Source of the DNA: Kiritimatiellia bacterium
GTDB lineage: Bacteria; Verrucomicrobiota; Kiritimatiellia; RFP12; UBA1067
Assembly (NCBI GenBank): GCA_051884915.1
Contig: JBJEWF010000028.1
Coordinates: 5,515-69,514, forward strand
Direction: 5' to 3'
DNA: 64,000 nucleotides
The notes below the pieces were generated by a model. That model was not told the DNA's origin, made no database searches, and saw nothing but the letters and a program-made list of their open reading frames with translations. Shown piece by piece: positions 51,989 through 61,634 of this stretch (positions are counted from its first letter, which is position 1; the number at the start of each line of letters is the position of its first letter). The position numbers and the translations under genes are program-made.

Positions 51989-53785
51989 TCAGTCCCGCAC
52001 GAGCCAGTCCTCGGCGGAGACGGTGACGCCGTCGACGGCGACGGGCGTCCGGTTGTAGTTGACGTAGATCCGCGTCCGGTTCGAGTAGGTCGTCCGGAAG
52101 ACGCCCGGAGCCAGCTCGTCATGCCCGTCCATGTAGACGTACTGCAGCTTCCACACCTTCTGGTAGGCGTCCACGCCGCGCTTGACGTGGGCGACGGACC
52201 GGACGAGCTGTTCGTCGGTCCCGCATTCCAGATCGACGTCGCCCATCCAGTTCGCGCCCTTGCCCGGCGTGAGGAAGTTCGCGTAGAAATAGAAACTCGG
52301 CCGCCCTCCGAACTCGATCGTCTTCAGTTCGCTCGGCCGCCCCTTGATCTGGGCGTTGACCGTCGTCGTGTAGGGGTTGGAGAGGATGATGCCGTTGTAG
52401 ACGAGCTGGAACATCGGCACCAGACGGTCGACCAGACCGGCGTACGTGGACTCCTCGAACGGCCGCGCGAACGAGACGTAGAGCACGTAGTCGAGCTGGC
52501 CCGCGTTCTGGTCGAAGGACCCTTCGCTCGAAATGCCGCCAAACGTGTCGCGCCCCAGCTGCAGGATGTGGCTGACATACGCGGCGCTCTCGCGCTCGTT
52601 CAACGGGTGGCGCGGATCCGGACAGGCCTCCGCGCCCACGCAGCTGTAGACGTCCAGATAGTGGAGGCCCCTGAAACCCAGCGCCCGGACCATCGGCATC
52701 TGCTGGAGGGCGAAGCGCTCGTAGGCGCGCTTGGGGCAGATCGTGTACATGCGGCCGCCGCCCCAGGTCGTCTTGCCGCGCCGAAGCGTTCCGTCGGCGT
52801 TCTTCTCGCGGATGTATTCGGCATCCCAGGCGTCGGCGATCAGATAGGCGTCGCGGTGGTTGCAGTGCGCCACCACCTGATAGCCCAGATCCTGCGCGTG
52901 GCGGATGGCCGCCTTCAGCTTGTCCTCGCCGCCCAGCGCCGGCTCCACGGGAAAGATCTGCGGCCAGCGGCCGTCATGCCCGCCCACGTTCCAGCCCACA
53001 AGGCAGAACTCGGCGCCGCCGATGCCCTGGCGCTTGAATTCGTCCGCGATCTGCCGGAACCGGTCGAACGTGACGACCGGCTTCACGGGCGGCTCGTTCT
53101 TGACCGTCTGCTCGGGTTCCGGACTCGGAACGGGCTTCCACGCATGGCGCACGCGGATCTCCGGCCATTGCGCGGCATACTCCAGCAGCGGCTGCGCCTT
53201 GATCCGTTCGGCCAGCGGCACGACCGCCTTGCGCGCCAGCTGGTACGCCCGGTAGGCGCGCGCCATGCCCGCATACGTGGCGTCCGCTTCCGCCAGCCGG
53301 ATGAAATCGACGGCGGGATCCTCGTAGACGTTGCCGTCCATGTTGAAATCCCAGGCCATCGAAAGCACGTATTCGCCCTTCTTCAATTCGGCCGTGACGG
53401 AAAAGTTGTAGGGCATCCCCTTCACGATGGCCACCCAGGACTCCTGCGGCGTCTTGAGCCCGAAAAACGCCATCTGCGAACGCCCGATGCGGCGCACGCC
53501 GTCCTTCGCCCGCGGCCGGAACGTGCCCAGCTCGCCATTGCCGTTGACCCAATAGCCGTCCGTGCCGGCCGGGATGGGCGAACCCGGACAGACGATCCGG
53601 ATCGACTTGACGCGCGCCGGAAGCGCACGCCGGTCCATCCGGAACGACCGGCGGCCGTCCGCCTCGCGCAAGGCAACCGCCCGGGACGTCCCGGCGCCGT
53701 CCACCGTTGCGATGTCGACCATCACCTCGGCCGCAGCGCCTGTCCAGCATACGGCCGCCATCAACACGTTCGCCCAGATTCTCAT
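51989..53785 (-). CDS. Exported glycoside-hydrolase-like protein (resembles DUF5696-type proteins), paralogue 2
   Basis: Trimmed to the ATG at 53785 (MRIWANVLMAAVCWTGAAAEV, a signal peptide). Shares blocks with 8447..10288: GWNVGGHDGRWPQIFPV, YLDVYS and LVYNGII. Confidence 0.7.
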   Translation of the reverse strand: MRIWANVLMAAVCWTGAAAEVMVDIATVDGAGTSRAVALREADGRRSFRMDRRALPARVKSIRIVCPGSPIPAGTDGYWVNGNGELGTFRPRAKDGVRRIGRSQMAFFGLKTPQESWVAIVKGMPYNFSVTAELKKGEYVLSMAWDFNMDGNVYEDPAVDFIRLAEADATYAGMARAYRAYQLARKAVVPLAERIKAQPLLEYAAQWPEIRVRHAWKPVPSPEPEQTVKNEPPVKPVVTFDRFRQIADEFKRQGIGGAEFCLVGWNVGGHDGRWPQIFPVEPALGGEDKLKAAIRHAQDLGYQVVAHCNHRDAYLIADAWDAEYIREKNADGTLRRGKTTWGGGRMYTICPKRAYERFALQQMPMVRALGFRGLHYLDVYSCVGAEACPDPRHPLNERESAAYVSHILQLGRDTFGGISSEGSFDQNAGQLDYVLYVSFARPFEESTYAGLVDRLVPMFQLVYNGIILSNPYTTTVNAQIKGRPSELKTIEFGGRPSFYFYANFLTPGKGANWMGDVDLECGTDEQLVRSVAHVKRGVDAYQKVWKLQYVYMDGHDELAPGVFRTTYSNRTRIYVNYNRTPVAVDGVTVSAEDWLVRD

Positions 53786-53791
53786 GGACCC

Positions 53792-53800
53792 ATTATAGCA
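53792..53800 (-). promoter_or_regulatory. Extended -10 box TGCTATAAT, 6 nt upstream of the ATG at 53785
   Basis: Minus strand reads TTTTTTTGC TATAAT GGGTCC ATG. The T-tract belongs to the preceding terminator. Confidence 0.4.
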
Positions 53801-53829
53801 AAAAAAGACTCGACGCGTCCGCATCGAGT
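53800..53829 (-). terminator. Rho-independent terminator after the tRNA pair
   Basis: Minus-strand RNA forms ACUCGAUGC-GGAC-GCGUCGAGU, a 9-bp stem with one G-U and a 4-nt loop, then C and U7. It starts 7 nt after the tRNA-Met 3' end. Confidence 0.7.
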
Positions 53830-53836
53830 TTGAAAT

Positions 53837-53913
<77 letters not shown>

Positions 53914-53931
53914 ATCTGGTGCTTCCCGAAA

Positions 53932-54008
53932 TGGCGGGCCTGACAGGAGTCGAACCTACAACCCTCAGATTCGTAGTCTGATGCTCTATCCAGTTGAGCT
54001 ACAGGCCC
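53932..54008 (-). tRNA. tRNA-Arg (ACG)
   Basis: Minus strand reads GGGCCTGTAGCTCAACTGGATAGAGCATCAGACTACGAATCTGAGGGTTGTAGGTTCGACTCCTGTCAGGCCCGCCA. Cloverleaf folds by hand, anticodon loop CTACGAA, encoded CCA. The T-stem has two G-U pairs. Confidence 0.88.
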
Positions 54009-54026
54009 TTACGGAAAACGGCACTT

Positions 54027-54055
54027 ATTCTACCACACCTTCCGGACCTGCGCAA
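54027..54055 (-). promoter_or_regulatory. Sigma70-like promoter TTGCGC-N17-TAGAAT with TGG extended -10, driving the tRNA pair
   Basis: Minus strand reads TTGCGC AGGTCCGGAAGGTGTGG TAGAAT. The -10 ends 18 nt before the tRNA-Arg 5' end. Confidence 0.5.
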
Positions 54056-54180
54056 GGGGGGATTTCGAGATTTTTCACTTTAGGCGGAAAGGGCAAAACA
54101 GCGGCAGCCGTTCCGCGAAAGAGGGACCGCATTGCCCTTCCCGCCGCCGGCAGAGCCGGCCCTTCCGGCGCGCGGCCGTT

Positions 54181-56511
54181 TCATTCCTGGACGCGGGAGA
54201 TTTCGATCTTGTCGATCCAGATTCCGCGATGGGCCGCCGTGCCGTCCCGGTTGAATCGGCCGGGACCGATCCAGAAATAGTCGTCCGCGCCGGGCGTCCA
54301 GGTGCAGACGTCGTACCAGGCGTAGTCGTCGGACACCTGGGAGGTCTTCGGCTGGATGCCGCCGCGCCCCCTCTTCGCCACGGGGTCGTACACGCCGGCC
54401 CAGAAGGCCTCGCCCTCTGTCGCCTTCTCGCCCCGAAGCCGGACGCGGATCTTGAGCGTGGCCCCCGGATCGAAGCCGACCCGGCGGAGCGGGAACGTCG
54501 TGCACCACTCGTAATGCGTGTTCGACAGCTTGAGCGCCTTGCCGTCGGAAGCCTTGGGGTCGTCCACGAAGGTTCCCCACTCGCCGAGACGGGAGCAGTT
54601 CAGGAACGATTCCTGGAGTTCGCCCGCCAGCCGGTTCGTCAGCGCCGGCGGCAGTTCCTGCGCGGCGATCCGCTCCCACGCGTCCACCAGTTCCCCGTGG
54701 CGCTGGAGATTCTCGGCCAGGCGGATGTCCTTCGCCTCGGCCATACGCGCCAGCAGCGACCGGGCCAGCTGCCTGCGCAGGGCGAACGCGGCATCGCCGG
54801 CCGGGCGTTCGGACAGCCAGAGGTCCTTGACCTGCCGGCGCAGGCGTTCCAGCCGGACGTAATCCACGCCGAACGCGCCCATGCGCACGTTGTAGGCGCA
54901 CACGGGATCGTCGCCCGCCGCCTGCGCGGCCTTCGCCCAGAGTTCCGCCGCGCGCGCCAGGAACGCATCCGGCAGGGCCGGGTTGTCCACGCCGTCGAAG
55001 ATCCGCAGGGGGCGGTCCGTCGACGCGGACGAATACGTCCGCTGCCGTTCGTGCAATTCGTCGAAATAGGCCCTGACGTGCGGCGCGCCCTTGCCGTAGT
55101 AGCCGCTGAAGAAATCCCGCAGCAGGTCCTCGGCCGGCAGTTCGGGATTCCACATCCACTTGGCGAGCAGCCAGGCTTTCAGTTCGGCGAAATCGCCGTG
55201 CCGTCCCTGGTAGGCCCCCTGCTCGAACAGCTCCTTCACGTTGTTGTCGCGGAAATACCGGATGTTGCCCTGCAGCGTCAGGACATTCGCGAACGGCATC
55301 GTGTAGTTGGCGAAGTCCGTCACGTAGTCCCAAACGTAGAGCTGGTCCGTCTGCGTCTTCCAGCCCTGGATGTCGGAGCAGAACTTCACGTTCTGCGGAT
55401 AGCCGCTGTCCGGCAGCGGCCGCGAGAAATCGCACTCGATCGTGCACAGGCACGGAACGACGTTGTGGCGCAGTTTCGTCTTCTTCGGCGGCTTGCGCGT
55501 GTACTGGTAGGCCAGCGTCTCGATGACCGCGTGGGGGAACTCCTTCTCCACGCGCGCGGCGACGGCGTTGACAAAACGGATCATCGTCCCCGCGTGGCTT
55601 TCCTCCTCGTCGTCGACGGCCTTGCACGCCGCGCATTCGCAGTAGTTGTACCAGTCGTTCTGGCTGACGCCGTAGAACTTCGCGCCGGGGTCCTTGCGGA
55701 TGCGCGCCAGGACGTTGGAGGTGACGATCTCCAGCACGTCCGGATTCGTCAGGCAGAGCTGCGAGCGGACCTTGAGCCGCTTGCCCCCGACTTCGCTGAA
55801 ATACTCGGGATGCGCGTCAAAATACCGTCCGGGCGGCAGCAGCGTCTCGAACGTGTGGCAGCTGCCGAGCCCCCCGCCAAAGCGGAACGAGTCGCCGCCG
55901 AACTTCTCCGGCACGGGCGCGCAGTGGTTGTATCCGTTGACGCGCAGGCGGGCGGAGAACTCCCGATGGACGTTCATGTCGTACCAGAACGGCTCGCGCA
56001 TCCGGAAGGCGGGAATCTGGACGTCGGCGTAGTCCGCCGGGACGACGAGCGACTTCCGCGCGGGGATCCGGGAGCACCACGACGCATACCAGCCGCAGCC
56101 GCCAAAGCGTTCCAGAATCTCGTAGACGCCGTAGAGAACGCCCCGTTTCCGCGATCCCAGCACCACGAGATGGCGGCCTTTCGCCGTGAGGCAGAACCCG
56201 TCCTCGCCCAGCTTGGCCAGCGCCCCCGCGCAGTCCTTCACGCCCAGGACCTTCGCCGTGTGGGCCGTCGCCCCCAGGAGAATCGCCCGCGGCGGCATGG
56301 GCGCGCCGTCCGGAACGATGGGGAGCTTCACGCCCGTCAGCCGCTCCGTGAAATCGCGGAGTTCCTCCGCCGCGTAGCGCTCGGACGCCGAGGCCTTCGC
56401 GGGAACGACGATCGTGTAGGCGGGGGCTTGTCCCCGCACCGCCAGCTTGAGATCCGCCGCCGCGGATCCGGACAGGCCAAGCGCCAGCGCGATGACGAAC
56501 AGGTTTCTCAT
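54181..56511 (-). CDS. Exported DUF4838-like protein (GH20-like/glycan-enzyme-like fold family)
   Basis: Signal peptide MRNLFVIALALGLSGSAAA. Blocks GVLYGVYEILERFGGCGWY, FRMREPFWYD, CLTNPDV and YGVSQNDWYNYCEC are as I remember for DUF4838 proteins. Confidence 0.65.
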   Translation of the reverse strand: MRNLFVIALALGLSGSAAADLKLAVRGQAPAYTIVVPAKASASERYAAEELRDFTERLTGVKLPIVPDGAPMPPRAILLGATAHTAKVLGVKDCAGALAKLGEDGFCLTAKGRHLVVLGSRKRGVLYGVYEILERFGGCGWYASWCSRIPARKSLVVPADYADVQIPAFRMREPFWYDMNVHREFSARLRVNGYNHCAPVPEKFGGDSFRFGGGLGSCHTFETLLPPGRYFDAHPEYFSEVGGKRLKVRSQLCLTNPDVLEIVTSNVLARIRKDPGAKFYGVSQNDWYNYCECAACKAVDDEEESHAGTMIRFVNAVAARVEKEFPHAVIETLAYQYTRKPPKKTKLRHNVVPCLCTIECDFSRPLPDSGYPQNVKFCSDIQGWKTQTDQLYVWDYVTDFANYTMPFANVLTLQGNIRYFRDNNVKELFEQGAYQGRHGDFAELKAWLLAKWMWNPELPAEDLLRDFFSGYYGKGAPHVRAYFDELHERQRTYSSASTDRPLRIFDGVDNPALPDAFLARAAELWAKAAQAAGDDPVCAYNVRMGAFGVDYVRLERLRRQVKDLWLSERPAGDAAFALRRQLARSLLARMAEAKDIRLAENLQRHGELVDAWERIAAQELPPALTNRLAGELQESFLNCSRLGEWGTFVDDPKASDGKALKLSNTHYEWCTTFPLRRVGFDPGATLKIRVRLRGEKATEGEAFWAGVYDPVAKRGRGGIQPKTSQVSDDYAWYDVCTWTPGADDYFWIGPGRFNRDGTAAHRGIWIDKIEISRVQE

Positions 56512-56532
56512 GGTCGGATTCCGGCATGACGC

Positions 56533-56571
56533 GACGTCCGGCTAAACGGGAGATCCGCCCGGCCGGACGTC
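56533..56571 (-). other. Perfect 10-bp inverted repeat (GACGTCCGGC ... GCCGGACGTC) with a 19-nt spacer, between the porin stop and the next gene's start
   Basis: Read directly. No U-tract follows, so its terminator status is unclear. Confidence 0.5.
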
Positions 56572-56595
56572 CAACGCCGATTCATCCGCGTGCGC

Positions 56596-57567
56596 TCAGA
56601 AGCTGAGCGTCGCGTTCACGCCGCCCCAGACGAGCTGGTTGCGGTTGTCGTGGCCGCCCGTCATCCAACGCTCGTGGCGGAGCGAATGGGAGGGGATCCA
56701 GGTGTAGTTGATCTTCGCGCCCAGCGAGAAGTAGTCCGTCACCGCCCAGGAGAGGGCCAGCGTCTGCGTCCAGTCCGTCATCTCGACGCCGTAGTTGTCG
56801 CGCGAGCTGTCGCGGTAGCCGGCAATCTGGCTGCGGGTGAATTCGTGGTCGCCCACGCCCAGCGCCGACTTCGGCGTCAGCGTGACCGTGTCCGTGATCT
56901 CGAAGCCGTGCTTGACCGAGAAGCGGAAATACGCGCGCGACGGGTCCTTGCCGTGCGCCGTGGAGTAGTTCCAGAAGACTTCCGCGCCCGGGGTGAGGTA
57001 CTTGTTGTTGTAGAACACGCCGGCCGTGAGATCGCTGCTGAGCGAACCGGCGTTGTGGCTTCCCGCGCCGTTCACGCCTTTCGTGCCGTTCTTGCCGTTG
57101 TACGGATAGTCGTACCAGTAGTGCCCGATCTCGAAATCGAAATCGCCGAACGACTTGGTGTAGCCGAGGTAGAAATCCTGTTCCTGGATCGAACCGCACT
57201 GGCGGCTGTTGTTGCCGTACGGCATGCGGTTGCGGCGGTCCGTCAGATCGAAGGACGCCCAGTAGTTGAAGTAGATGCCGCCGAACTCCTCGGTGTTGTA
57301 GCCGATCGAGACGGACGGCTGCCACACGGGATTGTCGTCCAGGATGATGCCGCGCCACACGTAGTCGCTGAGGATGTCCACGCCGGCCTCGGCCCAGAGG
57401 CCCGCGCCGGAGTCGTCCACTTCCTCGATGGCCTCGCCATCGGCCTTGGCCGTGTCGGCCGCAGCCGCGTCGGTCTTTGCCGTGCCGGCCGGAGCCGATG
57501 CCGTCTTCTCTTCCGCGAACACGCAGAATGCCGTCGCGGCGAATGCTGTAATGAGCAGTTTTTTCAT
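56596..57567 (-). CDS. Outer-membrane beta-barrel protein, TorF/Gcw_chp-like putative porin
   Basis: Signal peptide MKKLLITAFAATAFCVFA. LSDYVWRGIILDDNPVWQPSVSIGY resembles the family N-terminal block. Alternating beta pattern. C-terminal ...VNATLSF. Confidence 0.7.
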   Translation of the reverse strand: MKKLLITAFAATAFCVFAEEKTASAPAGTAKTDAAAADTAKADGEAIEEVDDSGAGLWAEAGVDILSDYVWRGIILDDNPVWQPSVSIGYNTEEFGGIYFNYWASFDLTDRRNRMPYGNNSRQCGSIQEQDFYLGYTKSFGDFDFEIGHYWYDYPYNGKNGTKGVNGAGSHNAGSLSSDLTAGVFYNNKYLTPGAEVFWNYSTAHGKDPSRAYFRFSVKHGFEITDTVTLTPKSALGVGDHEFTRSQIAGYRDSSRDNYGVEMTDWTQTLALSWAVTDYFSLGAKINYTWIPSHSLRHERWMTGGHDNRNQLVWGGVNATLSF

Positions 57568-57624
57568 CTGATTTTATCCACTTTCCTTTTTTTGACCCGA
57601 CCAATGCCGGAAATCGTCGACCGT

Positions 57625-58275
57625 TCAACCGTCGTACGCAAACCTCTTTTCCGCAAGTCCCATGGCCTTTGCGACCAGCGCGTTGAACACGTAATAGAAC
57701 ACGCCGGCGGCGATCAGCGGCGTCATGGTGGTGTTCGCGCTCGACAGCTGCTTGGCGATCGTGAACATCTCCGTCACCGCAATGGTGAACGCCAGCGAGG
57801 TGTCCTTGACCAGGGTGATGACCTCGTTGCCCATGGCCGGCAGAACGCGCTTCACCGTCTGCGGGAAGACGACGCGCCAGAACGTCTCGCCGCGTCCCAG
57901 GCCCAGCGCCTTGGCGGCCTCCCACTGCCCCTTGTCGACCGAGAGGATGCCCCCGCGGTAGATCTCCGCGAAATAGGCCGCGTAGTTCAGGCCGAAGGCC
58001 AGGACCGTGGCCAGCAGACGCGGATACTTCGACAGCGGCAGTCCGAAGAAGATATAGGGCGCGAAATAGACGAAGATGATCTGCAGCATCAGCGGCGTGC
58101 CGCGGACAATCGAGATGTAGACGCCCGCGCCGGCCGACAGCAGGCGGTTCTTCGACATCCGGCCCAGCGCCAGCGGAATCCCCAACGGCAACGCCAGGCA
58201 CAGCGTCAGGGCGAAGATCTCCACCGAGACCAGCAGCCCCGGCAGCAGTTCCTTGACGATTTCGACCCCCGACAT
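57625..58275 (-). CDS. Amino-acid ABC transporter permease (His/Glu/Gln/Arg/opine family), copy 2
   Basis: EAAKALGLGRGETFWRVVFPQ is an EAA-loop motif. 216 aa with about 5 TM segments. Confidence 0.9.
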   Translation of the reverse strand: MSGVEIVKELLPGLLVSVEIFALTLCLALPLGIPLALGRMSKNRLLSAGAGVYISIVRGTPLMLQIIFVYFAPYIFFGLPLSKYPRLLATVLAFGLNYAAYFAEIYRGGILSVDKGQWEAAKALGLGRGETFWRVVFPQTVKRVLPAMGNEVITLVKDTSLAFTIAVTEMFTIAKQLSSANTTMTPLIAAGVFYYVFNALVAKAMGLAEKRFAYDG

Positions 58276-58291
58276 GCGCCCGCCCCGACTG

Positions 58292-59080
58292 TCACTTCCC
58301 CAGCAGCAGCGCGCCCGGCTCGATGCCGTACCGCCGGGCGATCCGCGCCATCGTGCCGTCGGCGGCCAGCGCCTTCACGCACGCTTCGACCTCGTCCTTC
58401 AGCGCGACGTTGCCCTTCTTGAAACCGATGCCGTAGGTTTCGGTCATCACGATCTCCGCCAGCAGCTCGAACTTGCCCGGCAGATCGGCCATTTTCCGCC
58501 TGGCCACGCCCACGTCGAGCGCCACGGCGTCCACCGCGCCCATTTCGAGATCCATCACGGCCTGGTTGTAGTTCGGCATCACGACGAGCGACTTGAACGT
58601 CTTGCCGAGCGCGGCGACCGCCGGCTTGCCCCCGTCCTTGCCCGCCAGCGCCTTCTGGACCGGCGTATCGGTCTGCACGCCCACCAGTTTGCCCGCCAGG
58701 TCGGACAGTTTCCGGATCGGCGAGCCGCGCTTGACCAGGACGACCTGCGAGTTGTCCACGTACAGAACCGACCAGGTGTAGCCGTTCTCGCGCCCCTGCA
58801 TCGTGAATCCGTTCCAGATGCAGTCGATGGCGCCGGAGTTCAGCTCCATGTCCTTCGTGTCCCAATTGATGGGATTGGCGACGAACGTCCAGCCCTTGCG
58901 CGCGCAGACCTCGCGGGCGAGATCGAGGTCGAAGCCCTTGTATTCGCCGCCCTGCTTGAACCCGTAGGGCGGGAAATCGGCGTCGAAGCCGACCGTCAGG
59001 GTCTTCCCGCCCGCAGAGCCGTCCGAACATCCGGCCAGCATCGCCAGCGCGGCCGCCAGCACCAGCAGCGATCTAGTCAT
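58292..59080 (-). CDS. Amino-acid ABC transporter substrate-binding lipoprotein, copy 2
   Basis: Track ORF trimmed to MTRSLLVLAAALAMLAGC (lipobox). Family-3 SBP blocks GFDADFPPY and GFDLDLA. ATGA overlap with the upstream NhaC-type gene. Confidence 0.88.
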   Translation of the reverse strand: MTRSLLVLAAALAMLAGCSDGSAGGKTLTVGFDADFPPYGFKQGGEYKGFDLDLAREVCARKGWTFVANPINWDTKDMELNSGAIDCIWNGFTMQGRENGYTWSVLYVDNSQVVLVKRGSPIRKLSDLAGKLVGVQTDTPVQKALAGKDGGKPAVAALGKTFKSLVVMPNYNQAVMDLEMGAVDAVALDVGVARRKMADLPGKFELLAEIVMTETYGIGFKKGNVALKDEVEACVKALAADGTMARIARRYGIEPGALLLGK

Positions 59081-60861
59081 TTCGAAGTCCTTCCGCTCAG
59101 GATGAACCGCAGCGCGAACAGCGCCGCCAGCATCAGCGCGACGGCCGCCGGCAGCGCAATCCACGCCGTTCCGGCGTACGGCGCCACGAGATAGCCCACG
59201 AAGGAGACGCCCGCCACGAGAAGCGCATAGGGCAGCTGGGTGTTGACGTGGACGACGTGGTTGCACTGGGCGCCCGCGCTTGCCATGATCGTGGTGTCGG
59301 AAATGGGCGAGCAGTGGTCGCCGCACACGGCGCCGGCCATGCAGGCCGAAACGGCGATGATCGTCATGTCCGAACCGGGAATCGCCGCCAGCACAATCGG
59401 AATCAGGATGCCGAACGTGCCCCAGCTCGTCCCCGTCGAGAACGCCAGGACGACGGCGATCACGAAAATGATCGCCGGAAGGAACATGCGGAGCGAGGCC
59501 GCCGGCCCGTTGATCAGATCGCTGACGAACACCTTCGCGCCCAGGGAGTCCGTCATCGTCTTCAGCGTCCAGGCGCAGCAGAGAATCATGATCGCCGGCA
59601 CCATCGCCTTGAAGCCTTCGGGGAAGGACTCCATGCAGTCCTTGAAGGAAATCACCCGGCGGCAGAGATAGAACGCCACGGCGAAAACGAGGGCGGCAAT
59701 CGACCCCATCACGAGGCCGACCGAGGCGTCCGAGTCGGAGAAGGCCTTGACGAAACCGGGCTTGTCCGCGCCGAAGTAGCCGCCGGAATAGATCATGCCC
59801 ACGATGCAGGCGAACACGAGGACGACCACGGGGATCAGGAGGTCGCAGACCTTGCCCCGCGCGTTGTGCGTCAACGGCTCGATCACGCCCGTCAGGGCGC
59901 TCAGATCCGGTTCGCCCCGGAGAGCCGCCGTCTCGTACCCCCTCATCGGGCCGAAGTCCAGCTTCGTCAGGGCGACGAAGAACATCGTCACGATTGTCAG
60001 AATCGCGTAGAAATTGTAGGGGATGGCGCTGATGAAGAGCGAGAAGCCGCTTTCGGCGCCGGCGCCCTTGGCGAAGCCGGCCACGGCGGCGGCCCAGGAC
60101 GAGATGGGCGCGACGATGCAGATCGGCGCCGCCGTCGCGTCGATCAGGTAGGCGAGTTTCGCCCGGGAGACGCCCTTCGCGTTCGTCACCGGGCGCATCA
60201 CGCCGCCCACCGTCAGGCAGTTGAAGTAGTCGTCCACGAAGATGAGCATGCCCAGGACGATTGTCGCGATCTGCGCGCCGACGCGGCTCTTGATGTGCGT
60301 CTGCGCCCACCGGCCGAACGCCGCCGACGCGCCCGTCTTGTTCATCATCGCCACCAGCGAACCCAGCAGGACGAGGAAGAGGACGATGCCGACGTTGTAG
60401 GCGCTGGCAATCGATTTCACGAAACCGTCCGTCATCACGTGGACCATCGTGCCCTCGAACGAAAAGCCGCTGTACAGCAGACCTCCCGCCACGATGCCCA
60501 CGAAAAGCGACGAATAGACCTCCTTCGTGATCAAGGCGAGGAAGATGGCGAGAATCGGCGGAAAGACGGCCCACCACGAACCGAAGAACCGGTTCGAGGT
60601 CGCCCGGATCGTCGCCAGAGCCCGCGCCTCGTGCTCCAGAAAGGCCGGGTCGTGCTGCACGTTGTCCGCATAGGCGTCGATGTAGGCCTTCGCGCCCCCG
60701 ACCTCGCCCTGCGCCTCGGCCGACGCCAGATCGTAGCGATTGGTCGAACCGTCAACGACCACCGCCACGGCAACCGGCGCCGGCGTCGCGGCCGCCGGCG
60801 CGCCGGCGGCCGCAGCGGACAGCGCGCCGCCAAGCGCAAGAACTGCCAGAAATCGTCTCAT
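59077..60861 (-). CDS. NhaC-family Na+/H+ antiporter-like carrier with signal peptide and ~80-aa N-terminal extracytoplasmic extension
   Basis: Trimmed to the ATG at 60861 (MRRFLAVLALGGALSAAAA...), with GGAGGG upstream. Polytopic. YFNCLTVGGVMRP and GDHCSPISDTTI blocks are typical of NhaC-type carriers. Confidence 0.75.
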   Translation of the reverse strand: MRRFLAVLALGGALSAAAAGAPAAATPAPVAVAVVVDGSTNRYDLASAEAQGEVGGAKAYIDAYADNVQHDPAFLEHEARALATIRATSNRFFGSWWAVFPPILAIFLALITKEVYSSLFVGIVAGGLLYSGFSFEGTMVHVMTDGFVKSIASAYNVGIVLFLVLLGSLVAMMNKTGASAAFGRWAQTHIKSRVGAQIATIVLGMLIFVDDYFNCLTVGGVMRPVTNAKGVSRAKLAYLIDATAAPICIVAPISSWAAAVAGFAKGAGAESGFSLFISAIPYNFYAILTIVTMFFVALTKLDFGPMRGYETAALRGEPDLSALTGVIEPLTHNARGKVCDLLIPVVVLVFACIVGMIYSGGYFGADKPGFVKAFSDSDASVGLVMGSIAALVFAVAFYLCRRVISFKDCMESFPEGFKAMVPAIMILCCAWTLKTMTDSLGAKVFVSDLINGPAASLRMFLPAIIFVIAVVLAFSTGTSWGTFGILIPIVLAAIPGSDMTIIAVSACMAGAVCGDHCSPISDTTIMASAGAQCNHVVHVNTQLPYALLVAGVSFVGYLVAPYAGTAWIALPAAVALMLAALFALRFILSGRTSK

Positions 60862-60874
60862 CTTCCCTCCCCCG

Positions 60875-61624
60875 TCAGTTCGACTCGCCGCGGACTTTCC
60901 CCAGGAACTCGGCCAGCCGGCCCTCGTGGGGGCGGCCGAAGATCTCCTCCGGCGCGCCCTCGGCGGTGATCCGGCCGCCGTCGAGAAACAGGACGCGCGT
61001 GGCGACGTCGCGCGCGAAGCGCATTTCATGCGTCACCACCACCATCGTCATGCCCCGCTTCGCCAGATCCTTCATCACGTCGAGCACTTCGCCCACCATT
61101 TCGGGGTCCAGCGCCGACGTCGGCTCGTCGAACAGCATCACCTGCGGCTCCATCGCCAGCGAGCGGACAATGGCGACGCGCTGCTTCTGCCCGCAGGAGA
61201 GCTGCTGCGGATAGGCCCTCGCCTTGTCGACGAGGCCGACCCGCGCCAGTAGCTCCATCGCCTTCTTTTCCGCCGCCTCCCTCGTCCGGCCCCGCACCAG
61301 CCGCTGCGCCAGCGTGATGTTGTCGAGAATCGTCAGATGCGGAAACAGGTTGAAGTGCTGGAACACCATGCCCATCTCGCTGCGGACCTTGTTCTTCGTC
61401 CGCTCGTCCGCCGCGACGATGTCGATTCCGTTGAAGACGATGGAACCTTCGGTCGGCTCCTCAAGCAGGTTCATGCAGCGCAGAAAGGTCGACTTTCCCC
61501 CGCCCGACGGACCGATCATGACGACGACCTCGCCCTCGCGGATGTCGGTCGTCAGCCCCTTCAGAACCTCCAGTTTCCCGAAGGTCTTTCGCAAGTTCGC
61601 GATTCTCAGCAGCGTTTCGGCCAT
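60875..61624 (-). CDS. Amino-acid ABC transporter ATP-binding protein
   Basis: Walker [10 protein letters not shown], signature LSCGQKQRV, Walker [12 protein letters not shown]. Confidence 0.93.
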   Translation of the reverse strand: MAETLLRIANLRKTFGKLEVLKGLTTDIREGEVVVMIGPSGGGKSTFLRCMNLLEEPTEGSIVFNGIDIVAADERTKNKVRSEMGMVFQHFNLFPHLTILDNITLAQRLVRGRTREAAEKKAMELLARVGLVDKARAYPQQLSCGQKQRVAIVRSLAMEPQVMLFDEPTSALDPEMVGEVLDVMKDLAKRGMTMVVVTHEMRFARDVATRVLFLDGGRITAEGAPEEIFGRPHEGRLAEFLGKVRGESN

Positions 61625-61634
61625 ACCATCACGA

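Noticed and set aside
57571-57576. TAAAAT box upstream of the porin gene as a -10 element
   Set aside because: It lies only 3 nt from the ATG at 57567, so a transcript started from it would begin inside the coding region. It has no TGn extension and no -35.
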